A program made the translations under genes and the position numbers. DNA of 64,000 nucleotides from Candidatus Helarchaeota archaeon (lineage in GTDB: Archaea > Asgardarchaeota > Lokiarchaeia > Helarchaeales > RDOG01): NCBI GenBank assembly GCA_019058315.1, contig JAHPZH010000005.1, positions 320,601 to 384,600 on the forward strand. Direction: 5' to 3'. The notes under the pieces are model-generated. The model made no database searches, was not told where the DNA came from, and saw nothing but the letters and a program-made list of their open reading frames with translations. Of this stretch, positions 39,142-49,002 are shown one piece after another. Numbering within the stretch: the stretch's first letter is position 1; each line of letters opens with the position of its first letter.

Positions 39142-39939
39142 TTAATCTGGAATAGTTGCTACTGCTCGAACCCATCCTGCACTAGCTTCAGCAATTTTTA
39201 CCGGAAAACAATAAATTGTCGCACCTACTGGAGGAACTTTATCTAAATTTGTAAGTTTTTCCATCTGAAAATAACCTAATTCAATACCAGCAAAATGTCC
39301 TTCCCAAATTATTGAGGGGTTTGGATTTTTATCTGCTATGGATTTTTTCCATTTTTGCGCAGTAATAGAAAATGGGGCGTCCCAACTCCATGCGTCCGTC
39401 CCCACTATATGAACACCTTGTCTTATTATATGTAAAGTTGCTTCTTTTCCCACTCCAACTCCTCTATCCATAAATTCTTTATTTCCAAAATGTTTTGCTG
39501 CGGTTGTATGAACACATAAGACATCTCCTTTTCTTAACTTATGATTAATACTGTCTAATTTTTCATCTATATCAGCAGGAGTCATGACATAGCCATCTTC
39601 TTTATCTGTACAATCTAATACGATTAAAGAACCGATTCCCCATTCTAGGTTGAATTCATCAATTGTTAAAGCTTTTCTTTTTCCCAACTCTTTATCTTGA
39701 ATCGGTGCAAAGTGCCAAGGAGCGTCCATATGTGTGCCGCTATGTGTGCTTAAAGTAATCTTCTCTACAGCCCATCCTTTTCCATCAGGAAGGTGTTCGT
39801 TTGGATTTAAACCTGAAAAAAATAGAGCCATTGATTTTGCTCCAGTCTCATGATCACTATACTCAACTTTAGGACCGGTTAAAGGTGGATCAGAAAAGGT
39901 ATCATTTGCTATTGATATGGATAAATCAATAAATTTCAT
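39142..39939 (-). CDS. Cyclase / kynurenine formamidase family metallohydrolase
   Basis: HSGTHMDAPWHF, GTDAWSWD, WEGH, EKLTNL. Confidence 0.92.
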   Translation of the reverse strand: MKFIDLSISIANDTFSDPPLTGPKVEYSDHETGAKSMALFFSGLNPNEHLPDGKGWAVEKITLSTHSGTHMDAPWHFAPIQDKELGKRKALTIDEFNLEWGIGSLIVLDCTDKEDGYVMTPADIDEKLDSINHKLRKGDVLCVHTTAAKHFGNKEFMDRGVGVGKEATLHIIRQGVHIVGTDAWSWDAPFSITAQKWKKSIADKNPNPSIIWEGHFAGIELGYFQMEKLTNLDKVPPVGATIYCFPVKIAEASAGWVRAVATIPD

Positions 39940-40094
39940 AATTATACTCTCAATTTAGTCTAAATTTATTTTTATGATTTTTATTCAAAAATTTTTACAA
40001 TGAATTTGGTATTTATTTCTAATTTGTATTATAAAAAAAAATTAATATTAAACCTATATAAAAAAAAGAGAATATTAGATTAATCGAAGGAAAT

Positions 40095-40346
40095 TTATGA
40101 TTTCCTTATAACAAACCAGTAGGCTATCCAACTAATTATTGGCATTAGGAAGAAAATTATTACCCAGAGCACTTTTGCTGTGTCGTCGACGCTTTGTTGC
40201 CCTAAATCTCTACAAAAGAAAAGTCCGATTACTATAACAGCTATAACAACTGCAAAAAAGAGAATTGCTCCTAAAGGATCAGGCTGTGGTTGAAGTCTTG
40301 CATATAATCCAGCTAGAAACCCTAATAGTAAATCTTCATTTGCCAT
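40095..40346 (-). CDS. Small membrane protein (PLDc_N-like tail), paralog 1
   Basis: K.LW.I.FF..PIISW..YW.V pattern; paralog of 40535..40813. Confidence 0.7.
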   Translation of the reverse strand: MANEDLLLGFLAGLYARLQPQPDPLGAILFFAVVIAVIVIGLFFCRDLGQQSVDDTAKVLWVIIFFLMPIISWIAYWFVIRKS

Positions 40347-40534
40347 TATATCATCTCATTACTTTAGATTCATCGTTAATTATTAATATTCTATTTCTAC
40401 TATAAAAATAGGTAATTAAATCTCATAAAATACTAATATTTTCTTGAAAATCATAAATTAAACTAATTCTAGAATATTTTGAAAAAGATTTTATTTTTAA
40501 TAAAGAAAAAAAAGAAAATTTTTATGTATTATAA

Positions 40535-40813
40535 TTATATTTTGCTTGTTTTTGATATACTTCTCCCTTTCTTCACCACAAAATAATATCCTAGCCATGA
40601 TATTATTGGAAAGACATAAAATGCTATTCCCCAAAGAGCTTTTGATGTATCTTCAATCACTTCTTCACCCAAATTTTTAGCTAATAACGTTGATACGACA
40701 AGACTTGTTGCAATGATAGCAATCCCAATTACAATTCCTAGTGGATTACGGGGAGGTGGTGCTTTCGCCATGAGTCCTACCATTAGACCATATAAGAATT
40801 CGATATCTGCCAT
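40535..40813 (-). CDS. Small membrane protein, paralog 2
   Basis: Aligns with 40095..40346 (PLG, LG, DT.K.LW, PIISW..Y). Confidence 0.7.
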   Translation of the reverse strand: MADIEFLYGLMVGLMAKAPPPRNPLGIVIGIAIIATSLVVSTLLAKNLGEEVIEDTSKALWGIAFYVFPIISWLGYYFVVKKGRSISKTSKI

Positions 40814-40882
40814 TAAATCATCTTCTTTTAAATTTTATTTATTATTGCTATATAATAGATAAAAAACACGAATATTTAAACG

Positions 40883-40899
40883 TTTGCATTTTTTGCAAA
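40883..40899. promoter_or_regulatory. Palindrome TTTGCA-N5-TGCAAA, candidate operator (copy 1)
   Basis: 70 bp upstream of the 40813 start, adjacent to TTTAAATATT TATA-like box on the minus strand. Confidence 0.6.
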
Positions 40900-40948
40900 A
40901 ATAATAGAATGGAGTTTTTTAATTAATAAATCTATATTTTTATAATTT

Positions 40949-41293
40949 TTACGATTCTTCCTTTATTGGCCATAATATTTTGATAATAAATTGATTTGCA
41001 GTGGCTCGATAATATTTCATCATTATGCCGTGCTCACTTTTCGCAGTTCTCGATTGTATTACAAGGTTTTTTTCAATCAAATCTTCGAGATGACGTTTAA
41101 TCGTTCCAGGATTCATGTTAGTTTCTTTTTTCAAGTCGATAATAGTCATCTCTTCATTAATTAATAATTTTAATATCATTTGCTTTTTCTCATGGAATAA
41201 TATAGGAACTGTTGCAGGATCGGTGATGAGCATTTCATCTTCTATCGGTTTATCTTTTGCTTCAGAATTTTCATTTGATTCTATACTTATCAC
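40949..41293 (-). CDS. ArsR-like winged-HTH transcriptional regulator
   Basis: ILKLLINEEMTIIDLKKETNMNPGTIKRHLEDL, KYYRATA. Confidence 0.88.
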   Translation of the reverse strand: MISIESNENSEAKDKPIEDEMLITDPATVPILFHEKKQMILKLLINEEMTIIDLKKETNMNPGTIKRHLEDLIEKNLVIQSRTAKSEHGIMMKYYRATANQFIIKILWPIKEES

Positions 41294-41329
41294 CGATTTT
41301 AAAAATTTTTTATATTTTTATTTAATAAA

Positions 41330-42283
41330 TTAGGGGTCTTTTTTTGTGTTGTTCTTTTTTAGAGGTTCGAAATTCTGTAAATCTATGCTATTGTAAATGC
41401 GTGTTGCCAGCAAACTCATCATTGGCGTCCCTATGAAAATAAAAATGAACCAAAGTATAGTGTTACTTAATCGTAGGATTTGTAATAATGGTGAGACCAC
41501 AAAGGGTTGAAACATTAAACGCGAGATAGTGATACCAGTGATTAATGGAATAAAGAAGATTAAGAAAAAAATTCCCCATGTAGTAATTAAACGCTTTGGA
41601 TAATTACGAAATATGCGAAAACTCTCATTAAAACTATTTTTAAAATTTTTAAATCCAGCTAACTTACCATTTCCCTTACCATGGCCTCTTGCTGTTACAC
41701 TTGGAATGGTGTTTATGAATATAAGAAACAAAATGAAATAAATTATAATCCCTATTATATCCCGTGTAATTGATGATATATCATTTTCTACAAACACATA
41801 GAATAATAAATTTGGAAATGGTCTATTTGGAGGTGGCATTGGGTCTCTTCCAGGAATGAATATACCCCAAGAGATGAGTATCATTAATATCGAATATTGC
41901 CACCAGTGTCGACGAAAATAAGTGAAACTTCCTTTAAATTCTGCAAACATATCTCCTGAAGACATTATATCATAAGCTAATCCATATTGACAGCTTAAAA
42001 ACGCGAAAAATATGAAAATTACTAAAAGAATTATTATAAAAAATGATAGAAAATAAATCAATCTAGTAAGTAAATTGGTAAAATCTTGTATAATATTAGG
42101 AATAAAAAAGTTGGGAATGAAATGTGCAATTATAAATAGTATAACAATTAATAAAATAAGGAAAAAACCAGCAAAAAGTATTGTGCTGAAAAATGCTTTC
42201 CAATTCTCTTTTAACAATTTCCAGCTTAGCTTAAAATCTAATTTTGTTTCTGAAAAGGATTGATATGAATTTGAAGATGACAT
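41330..42283 (-). CDS. Multi-pass membrane protein
   Basis: About six hydrophobic segments; DFKLSWKLLKENWKAF N-terminal amphipathic helix. Confidence 0.7.
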   Translation of the reverse strand: MSSSNSYQSFSETKLDFKLSWKLLKENWKAFFSTILFAGFFLILLIVILFIIAHFIPNFFIPNIIQDFTNLLTRLIYFLSFFIIILLVIFIFFAFLSCQYGLAYDIMSSGDMFAEFKGSFTYFRRHWWQYSILMILISWGIFIPGRDPMPPPNRPFPNLLFYVFVENDISSITRDIIGIIIYFILFLIFINTIPSVTARGHGKGNGKLAGFKNFKNSFNESFRIFRNYPKRLITTWGIFFLIFFIPLITGITISRLMFQPFVVSPLLQILRLSNTILWFIFIFIGTPMMSLLATRIYNSIDLQNFEPLKKNNTKKDP

Positions 42284-42350
42284 TATGAATATATGAATTA
42301 TTCACTCTTATATTTGTTTGGTTTAATGTGATTCGAAATAATATTTAATT

Positions 42351-42367
42351 TTTGCATAAAATGCAAA
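42351..42367. promoter_or_regulatory. Palindrome TTTGCA-N5-TGCAAA, candidate operator (copy 2)
   Basis: 68 bp upstream of the 42283 start, adjacent to TTAAATATT TATA-like box on the minus strand. Confidence 0.6.
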
Positions 42368-42523
42368 TAATTTAATAGAAATCAAAAATAAATTATGCCT
42401 GCAATTACGGGTTATTTAAATATAGATTATAATTGTAATGTATAGATCTTTACTTGGGTGATTAATGGCAATCTTATTGTTTTTTTGAGACAGTAAAAGG
42501 TTCTCTGGAAAAAGATTAACGTT

Positions 42524-43429
42524 TTATTTAAAAACCTCTTCAAGTTTATTTGCTTTTAGGTCTTTTCCGATTATTACTAAAACATGATCTGATGGTGCGT
42601 TTTTTTCTGTTATGGAAATTTGGCCTAAAACATAATCAATTTTCATGGTTGTTTTTTCATCTATAGAAAGAAAACCTTTCATACGAATAACATCGCCATA
42701 AGATTTTGACTTGATATTATTAAGAATTGAAAACACATCATCTTTAGAATAAAATCCTTTGGGTTTTACTAAAATATTTTCAAAACCATCAAGTAATTGT
42801 TCAAATTCACGATGTCGATGTGGGTTTTTTTGAGTACTGTTCTCTTTCTGATTCATATTTTCTAAACACTCTATGTTTAATTTTTCCCAACTTACATCAA
42901 TAATTGGTGCATTAGGATTTAGGTTATTTGCGTAATATTTAGCAAATTCTATATCAGAGGAAGACGCTTTTTCTATCTTACTCAGTATGATAATATCACC
43001 ATTGCAGATTTGATCCGTGAAGAATGTTCCAAAATTGCCAACAACCATTTCTAATTTTAGGACATCTAAAATCGTGATTATTAGATTGAACTGAAAAAGA
43101 GATTTATTAATATAATCAAATATTTCCAAAAGATCTGATAGGCTGGCTAAGCCAGTTGGTTCAATTATAATTCTATCAACACTTCCTTCTTCTCCTATGG
43201 TATCAAGAGTGCTCTTTAGATTTGTAGATAAAGTGCAGCAGATGCAGCCAGAAGTGATTTCCTCGATTGAAGCTTTGAGGTCTTGAAGATCCTTAGCGTC
43301 TATGTTGACTTCTCCAATTTCATTCTCAATAATGACAATTTTTTCTTTTTTAGAAACGTCTTTTAATAACTGCTTAATTAAAGTAGTTTTCCCTGCTCCT
43401 AAAAACCCTGCAATTATATCTATTTTCAT
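42524..43429 (-). CDS. CobW/COG0523 metallochaperone GTPase
   Basis: GFLGAGKTT, IENEIG, GCICC, IIIEPTG, RMKG. Confidence 0.93.
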   Translation of the reverse strand: MKIDIIAGFLGAGKTTLIKQLLKDVSKKEKIVIIENEIGEVNIDAKDLQDLKASIEEITSGCICCTLSTNLKSTLDTIGEEGSVDRIIIEPTGLASLSDLLEIFDYINKSLFQFNLIITILDVLKLEMVVGNFGTFFTDQICNGDIIILSKIEKASSSDIEFAKYYANNLNPNAPIIDVSWEKLNIECLENMNQKENSTQKNPHRHREFEQLLDGFENILVKPKGFYSKDDVFSILNNIKSKSYGDVIRMKGFLSIDEKTTMKIDYVLGQISITEKNAPSDHVLVIIGKDLKANKLEEVFK

Positions 43430-43461
43430 GTGTGTTTCGCCTCTAAGAACACTCCCTATTT

Positions 43462-44991
43462 TTAATCATTTATAGGTTCTTTCAGTTTATTTCTTTGATT
43501 TAAATATGTCTGATATTCATATAATTTTTTCAAAACAATAGTTGCTATCTCTGGATTCCCTCCATAAACTAAAATTTTATTTTGGTCGTATTTATCGAAC
43601 GCTGGATTAGTAAAAATTGGAGAGGGTGAAATAAAAATTACTTTATTGTCGGGAAATTTCAAACATGAATTAATTTCTTTTTTAGAAATGTCTTTTACCA
43701 TCCCTTCTAGCATAGGAGCTATCATTTGTTTCATTTCTTTCCCTTGCTCGCTAACTGGCTGAAATACATTAACCAATTGGTCGTAGACTACGGATGTCTG
43801 CGAAAATACTATATCAAAAATATTGTGTTTTAGGACTATTCTTAATACCTTTGGTAATAGATTGAAATCTATTGTGGCAACTAAATCTATGGGATTTTGA
43901 TGTGACCAGTAAAATGGCAAGTATTTTGAAAGTTCTTCGATAAGATTTCGACCTTCGGGGTTTTTCTTTAAATCCACCACATCGAATCCTTGTTTTTCGC
44001 AAAGATCACTTAGTAATACCCCAAATCCACCACCCGCGGAGATAATTCCAATTTTTAGAGGATCTTGAACAGGTAATGGTAATAAATATAATGCTGCTTT
44101 AACTAAATACATAAATTGCATAATATTTTCTGCGTGCATTACACCAGTTTGTTTAAATATCGATTTATAAATATCAATTGAGCCCCCCATTGACGCAGTA
44201 TGACTGGAAGCAGCTCTCGCTCCAGCTTTTGTTATTCCTCCTTTAAGCATAATGACTGGTTTTGTTTCAGTAATTTCAGAGCAAAGTCGCCTAAATCTAG
44301 ATCCTGCTCTTAAACCCTCCACAAAAAGCGCAATTGCTTCAGTTTTATCATCTTGGGAAAAGAATTCTAGATAATCTTCTAAAATCAGTGAGCTTTCATT
44401 ACCACTGGATACAAAATACCTTACCCGTTTCATTGTATTACACAGGAGAGTACCTACAGTCCCAGATTGCGAAATTATTGCTAAATTTCCAGGTTGTAAA
44501 GACATAAGTCCCATTCCGAGAAAAAGTGGGGATGATTCATCTTTAGATGTATACATTCCTAAAGAGTTTGGACCAACAAAGATCATACCAGCTTTGTCTG
44601 CAATTCTAATTAATTTTTGGGTCTGGTCTTGACAATCTTTTGATTTTACTTCGCCAAATCCTGCAGTAATTACTACTGCTGCCCTAATGCCAGCCTCTAT
44701 ACACTGCTTAACAGCATCGACAACTATACCTGGAGGTACTACAATTCCAGCAAGGTCTATTTGTTCGGGACATTTATCAAGACTTGGGTAAACTTTTACT
44801 CCAAATACTTTTTCATTTTCATATCTTGGATTTGGATTTATCGCATAAACGGTTTTTTTAAATCCAAGAGCCCCAATATTCATCGCAACGAGACCCCCTA
44901 TCTTCATTATTTTATCTGATGCACCAACTACTGCCACAGTCGTTGGGTTGAAAAGAGTTTTCATTAATTCTAATTTTTGTTCAGTCTTCAT
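43462..44991 (-). CDS. NDP-forming acyl-CoA synthetase alpha subunit, paralog 1
   Basis: VAVVGAS, ITAGFGE, GPNSLG, SQSG, S.GNE, AASSHTAS (phospho-His), NPIDL. Confidence 0.9.
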   Translation of the reverse strand: MKTEQKLELMKTLFNPTTVAVVGASDKIMKIGGLVAMNIGALGFKKTVYAINPNPRYENEKVFGVKVYPSLDKCPEQIDLAGIVVPPGIVVDAVKQCIEAGIRAAVVITAGFGEVKSKDCQDQTQKLIRIADKAGMIFVGPNSLGMYTSKDESSPLFLGMGLMSLQPGNLAIISQSGTVGTLLCNTMKRVRYFVSSGNESSLILEDYLEFFSQDDKTEAIALFVEGLRAGSRFRRLCSEITETKPVIMLKGGITKAGARAASSHTASMGGSIDIYKSIFKQTGVMHAENIMQFMYLVKAALYLLPLPVQDPLKIGIISAGGGFGVLLSDLCEKQGFDVVDLKKNPEGRNLIEELSKYLPFYWSHQNPIDLVATIDFNLLPKVLRIVLKHNIFDIVFSQTSVVYDQLVNVFQPVSEQGKEMKQMIAPMLEGMVKDISKKEINSCLKFPDNKVIFISPSPIFTNPAFDKYDQNKILVYGGNPEIATIVLKKLYEYQTYLNQRNKLKEPIND

Positions 44992-45084
44992 TTCTTGTCC
45001 CTTCTAATTTGATATTAAAAGGATATTAAAATCATTCCTAAGAATTGACGAAAAAAAGAGATTAGTGATTTAAAATGAATAATA

Positions 45085-46644
45085 TTATATTTTCTGGGAG
45101 ATGGATAAATAATTTTGCTTTGAATCTTTCATTTTATTAACATATTTCTGGTATTCATGAAGCTTTTTTAAAACTATACAGCCAAGCTCCGGATTTTCGC
45201 CAAACACCATTACTCTATTTTCATCATATTTCTGATAGAGGGGATTTACTAATGTTGAAGTTGGTGAAATAAAAATTATTTTTTTATCAGGATATTTTAA
45301 ACAAGTATCTTGAATTAATGCAAGTTCTCTTTTCATACTTTTTTGGATTCTTTCCTGCGCCACACTTTTTGTCATATTTACCATTTTTTTACTGAATTCA
45401 GTAGGGGGTTTGAATAATTCAACGATCCTAAAAAAACCAACAGAACTTTGAGTAAAAATTAGGTCAAAAGGACCATATTCTAACATTATTTCAACTATTT
45501 TTCTACCACTAGCATCTCTTGTTGCAACCATGTCTATAGGATTATTTTTCGACCAGTAAAATGGTAATCCTCCATGTTTTGATATCTCTTCAATGACTTT
45601 GGGACCATCAGGGTGTTTTTGTAAATCAACAACCTCAAATCCATGTTTTTCGCAGAGATCCGCAAGTAAGACACCAAAACCGCCACCACCTGTAACTATA
45701 CCAACCCGTAATGGATCGTGATCTGGTAATGGTAATAAAAACAAAGCTGCTTTGGACAAATACATGAATTCAGTCACATTGCCCGCATAGATAACACCAG
45801 TTTGTTTGAAAGCAGACTTATAAATATCAAGTGAACCACCAATGGAAGCGGTATGACTGTTTGCTGCCCTTGCACCTGCTTTGGTAGTCCCACCTTTAAG
45901 AAATACAATAGGAATTTTTGGAGTTATTTCTGAACACAATTGTTTAAATCTAGCTGCAGCTCGTAAACCCTCTGCGAATAATGCTATAAGTTCAATTTTA
46001 TCATCTTGTGCAAAAAATTCTAGGTAATCTTCCAGAATAAGTGAAGCCTCATTACCGCTTGAGACGAAATATTTTATTTTTCTTAACAAGTTGCTTACAA
46101 GTGCCCCTATTGTTCCAGATTGGGATACTACCGCAACACTTCCAGGATGTGGCATCATAAATCCCATACTGAGATGAAGGGGGGATTGTTCATCTTTGGA
46201 ACTATAAATACCAAGTGAATTAGGGCCAACAAAGATCAAGCCTGCCTTATCTGCGATTTTTATTAATCTTTTATTGTCATCTTGACGTTCTTTGGTCTTT
46301 ACTTCCCCAAATCCCGCTGTGATAATCGTTGCTGCTCTTATATCGCATTCAGTCGCTTGTTTTATTGAATCTACAACTGCATGTGGGGGAACAACTATAC
46401 CTACAAGATCTATTGGCTCGGGAACTTTATCAATACTAGGATAAACTTGGACTCCAAGGATACTTTTATTTTCATATTTGGGATTCGGATTCACCGCAAA
46501 TATCTTCTTTTTGAATCCACAACCCAATAAATTAGTCATTACTGAACCCCCAATCTTCATTAAATTATCAGTAGCACCAATTACAGCAACATTTTTAGGG
46601 TTGAACATGGTTTTCATAATTTCTAATTTTTCGTCGATTTTCAT
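45085..46644 (-). CDS. NDP-forming acyl-CoA synthetase alpha subunit, paralog 2
   Basis: Tandem paralog with the same motifs (AANSHTAS, NPIDM). Confidence 0.9.
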   Translation of the reverse strand: MKIDEKLEIMKTMFNPKNVAVIGATDNLMKIGGSVMTNLLGCGFKKKIFAVNPNPKYENKSILGVQVYPSIDKVPEPIDLVGIVVPPHAVVDSIKQATECDIRAATIITAGFGEVKTKERQDDNKRLIKIADKAGLIFVGPNSLGIYSSKDEQSPLHLSMGFMMPHPGSVAVVSQSGTIGALVSNLLRKIKYFVSSGNEASLILEDYLEFFAQDDKIELIALFAEGLRAAARFKQLCSEITPKIPIVFLKGGTTKAGARAANSHTASIGGSLDIYKSAFKQTGVIYAGNVTEFMYLSKAALFLLPLPDHDPLRVGIVTGGGGFGVLLADLCEKHGFEVVDLQKHPDGPKVIEEISKHGGLPFYWSKNNPIDMVATRDASGRKIVEIMLEYGPFDLIFTQSSVGFFRIVELFKPPTEFSKKMVNMTKSVAQERIQKSMKRELALIQDTCLKYPDKKIIFISPTSTLVNPLYQKYDENRVMVFGENPELGCIVLKKLHEYQKYVNKMKDSKQNYLSISQKI

Positions 46645-46826
46645 TCTTTAACTCCATTTTACTATTTAGAATCATTAATTAAGCAGAGCGGTTTTAATTT
46701 TTTTTATAAGATATATTACATATTTTTCTTCCAAAGAATTTTTTAGATAAAAGAACTCAAAAGAAATTATTAATTTTTTTTATAATTCAGAATATTATTG
46801 ATTTACACTATGGTTTGATGTCTTAA

Positions 46827-47555
46827 ATGAACGGATTGACTGCAAGACAAATAAACTTTGGGATAGGATTTTTAATTATGATAGTTATGGCAATTATAGT
46901 GGGTATTTTGATACTTCGCAAAGATGTGAAATATTGGGGCAATCGTTTTTTTGCTTTTGCTTTTTTCTTTTTTGCAGCAGCAGTAAGCTTGATTTTAATC
47001 TATTTATTTTCATATGATTCTTCTGTTATTGCTTTTTTAAACTATTTAAGTTTCTGTAATATCAATGCAACCCCAATTTGCTTATTGTTAGGTGTTTTAG
47101 TTATTTACAAAGGAGAAGATGAGGTAATTCAAAATAAATCAACATATATATTTATCATAATGATGGCAATTATTATGTTTATTCAGGGTCTCATTCCAGG
47201 AGGAGTTCGAGTTGAGTTCAACCTTCCAAAATGGTCCTTTCTCTTCGGATTATATGAAATCATTCTTGGTCAAGCAATATTTTTTTCAGTTGTATATTAT
47301 TCAATAAAGCTTTACAAGGAATTAACGCCAGAAATGCAAAAAAAATTGAAATATTTTATAACTGGTATTATTCTAGCTAATATATCAATTACGAGTGTTG
47401 TTATCAAGAACATGGATATTATAGGTGGTTTTCAACTAATTGAGAGCATTTTTGGTGTAGGATCACTCATTTCCTTTATATTTGTAGGTATATTTAGTTT
47501 AGGAACACTTATTTCCTTTATATTTATTTACTTTGGAATAGTTCGCCGTAGGTAG
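46827..47555 (+). CDS. Stand-alone 7TM receptor-like membrane protein, paralog 1
   Basis: About seven TM segments; ILILRKD.KYW.NRFF after TM1 resembles HisKA_7TM-type N-termini. Confidence 0.7.
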   Translation: MNGLTARQINFGIGFLIMIVMAIIVGILILRKDVKYWGNRFFAFAFFFFAAAVSLILIYLFSYDSSVIAFLNYLSFCNINATPICLLLGVLVIYKGEDEVIQNKSTYIFIIMMAIIMFIQGLIPGGVRVEFNLPKWSFLFGLYEIILGQAIFFSVVYYSIKLYKELTPEMQKKLKYFITGIILANISITSVVIKNMDIIGGFQLIESIFGVGSLISFIFVGIFSLGTLISFIFIYFGIVRRR

Positions 47556-48250
47556 TGGTTAAAATGGATGGATTAACTCCAAGACAAATAAACTTCGGGG
47601 TAGGATTTTCAATTATTGTAGTTTTTACAATTGTATTAGGTATTTTAATCCTTCGCAAAGATGCGAAATATTGGGCAAATCGATTTTTTGCTTTGACTTT
47701 TTTCTTTTTTGGAGCAGGAATAGTATTAAATTTAATCTATTTATTTTCATATAATCCTTTAGTAATTGCCATTTTAAATTATTTAAGTGTAAGTTGTATA
47801 ACATCGGGTACAACCTGCTTATTGTTAGGTATTTTAGTTATTTATAAAGGAGAAGATGTAATTGTTCGGAACTATTTAACCTATTTATTCATTATCCTAA
47901 TGGGAGTTATTATACTTATTCACGGTCTCATTCCCAATGGAGTGCGAATCGAGTTTAATATTCCAAAATGGTCAATTACCTTTGGACTATATCAAATTAT
48001 TCTTGGTCAATCAATATTTTTTTCAATTGTATATTTTTCATTCAAATTACATCAAGAACTTACACCGCCAATGCAAAAAAAGCTGAAATACTTTGTTATA
48101 GGTCTTATTTTTTCTAATATATCAATCACAAGTATCGTTATAAAAAATATGGATATTATAGCGGGTTATCAGCAAATTGACAGCATTTTTAATTTAATGA
48201 TGATCTTTTCCTTCATATTTATTTACTTTGGAATAATTCGCAGACAGTAA
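47555..48250 (+). CDS. Stand-alone 7TM receptor-like membrane protein, paralog 2
   Basis: Tandem close paralog; likely start ATG 47564 (MDGLTPRQ vs MNGLTARQ). Confidence 0.7.
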   Translation: MVKMDGLTPRQINFGVGFSIIVVFTIVLGILILRKDAKYWANRFFALTFFFFGAGIVLNLIYLFSYNPLVIAILNYLSVSCITSGTTCLLLGILVIYKGEDVIVRNYLTYLFIILMGVIILIHGLIPNGVRIEFNIPKWSITFGLYQIILGQSIFFSIVYFSFKLHQELTPPMQKKLKYFVIGLIFSNISITSIVIKNMDIIAGYQQIDSIFNLMMIFSFIFIYFGIIRRQ

Positions 48251-48384
48251 TGCAAATCTTAGGAATTTAAATAAATTTTTTTTGTATATAAAAATAAAAA
48301 TTAATATATCCATCAATAAGTTAGATCAATGTTTAATTTCATCAGGGTAGGAAATAAATCCAATTAATAAAAATGGATTAAAAC

Positions 48385-48846
48385 TTGGATAAGGAAAAAG
48401 AAATGGTAATTTTTGAATTAGGTATAGTCAAAAGTGGAGTACCTTTAGTATCAAGAGAGTATTATAAAGATTATAATGTCAATGTCGATCCAGTTTTGCG
48501 AGGTGGTTTTTTGAGTGGTTTGAATGCTTTTGTTCAGGAAGTATTTTCTGATAAAATTGATAGCTTCTCGATGGAGAACTTCAAGATCGCATTCATAAGT
48601 TATTTTTTAAAACATACTAAAGGTGAAAGTATTATTTTATATTGCATTGGGGATAAGAACTTAAATTTAAAATTCGCAAAAAAAGCTTTGACAAATGTTT
48701 TGGATAAATTTCTTGAAAAATATAATGAGTTAAAAGATTTTTTTGGCGATGTAAAAATTTTTGATGAATTCAATCAAACTATTGATGACATTTTAGGCGA
48801 TTTGGCTAAAAAACCCGATGATCGTTTTAGATCCGTATTTGAATAA
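48385..48846 (+). CDS. Longin-like domain protein
   Basis: IVKSGVPLVSR, DPVLRGGFLSGLNAFVQEV, C-terminal helices with F.EKY and FDEF; pattern typical of Asgard longin-like proteins. Confidence 0.7.
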   Translation: MDKEKEMVIFELGIVKSGVPLVSREYYKDYNVNVDPVLRGGFLSGLNAFVQEVFSDKIDSFSMENFKIAFISYFLKHTKGESIILYCIGDKNLNLKFAKKALTNVLDKFLEKYNELKDFFGDVKIFDEFNQTIDDILGDLAKKPDDRFRSVFE

Positions 48847-48877
48847 GTTTAGAATTAACATATTCGTTATAGTTTGA

Positions 48878-48970
48878 TTACCATACTCCTGGTAAGAGCC
48901 GATATCTTGTCTTTTTTGCATATTCTGAATATCCAGGTAGTTCTTGTTTCAAAGTTTTATCCTCTAACAA
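48878..48970 (-). pseudogene. C-terminal remnant of an isoprenylcysteine carboxyl methyltransferase (ICMT/PEMT) family gene
   Basis: LLEDKTLKQELPGYSEYAKKTRYRLLPGVW* matches the family C-terminal E(D/E)..L...LPGY.EY...RYRL.PG.W signature; the rest of the gene is missing. Confidence 0.8.
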
Positions 48971-49002
48971 ATTTAAGAACTTTATAGTAATAAAAGAAGA
49001 AT

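Noticed and set aside
35962-46644. Split Pat/PatZ acetyltransferase (GNAT plus inactive ACD-like domains)
   Set aside because: Both ACD alpha genes keep the phospho-His motif (SHTAS) and lie 7-10 kb from the GNAT, so they are better read as active ligase subunits.
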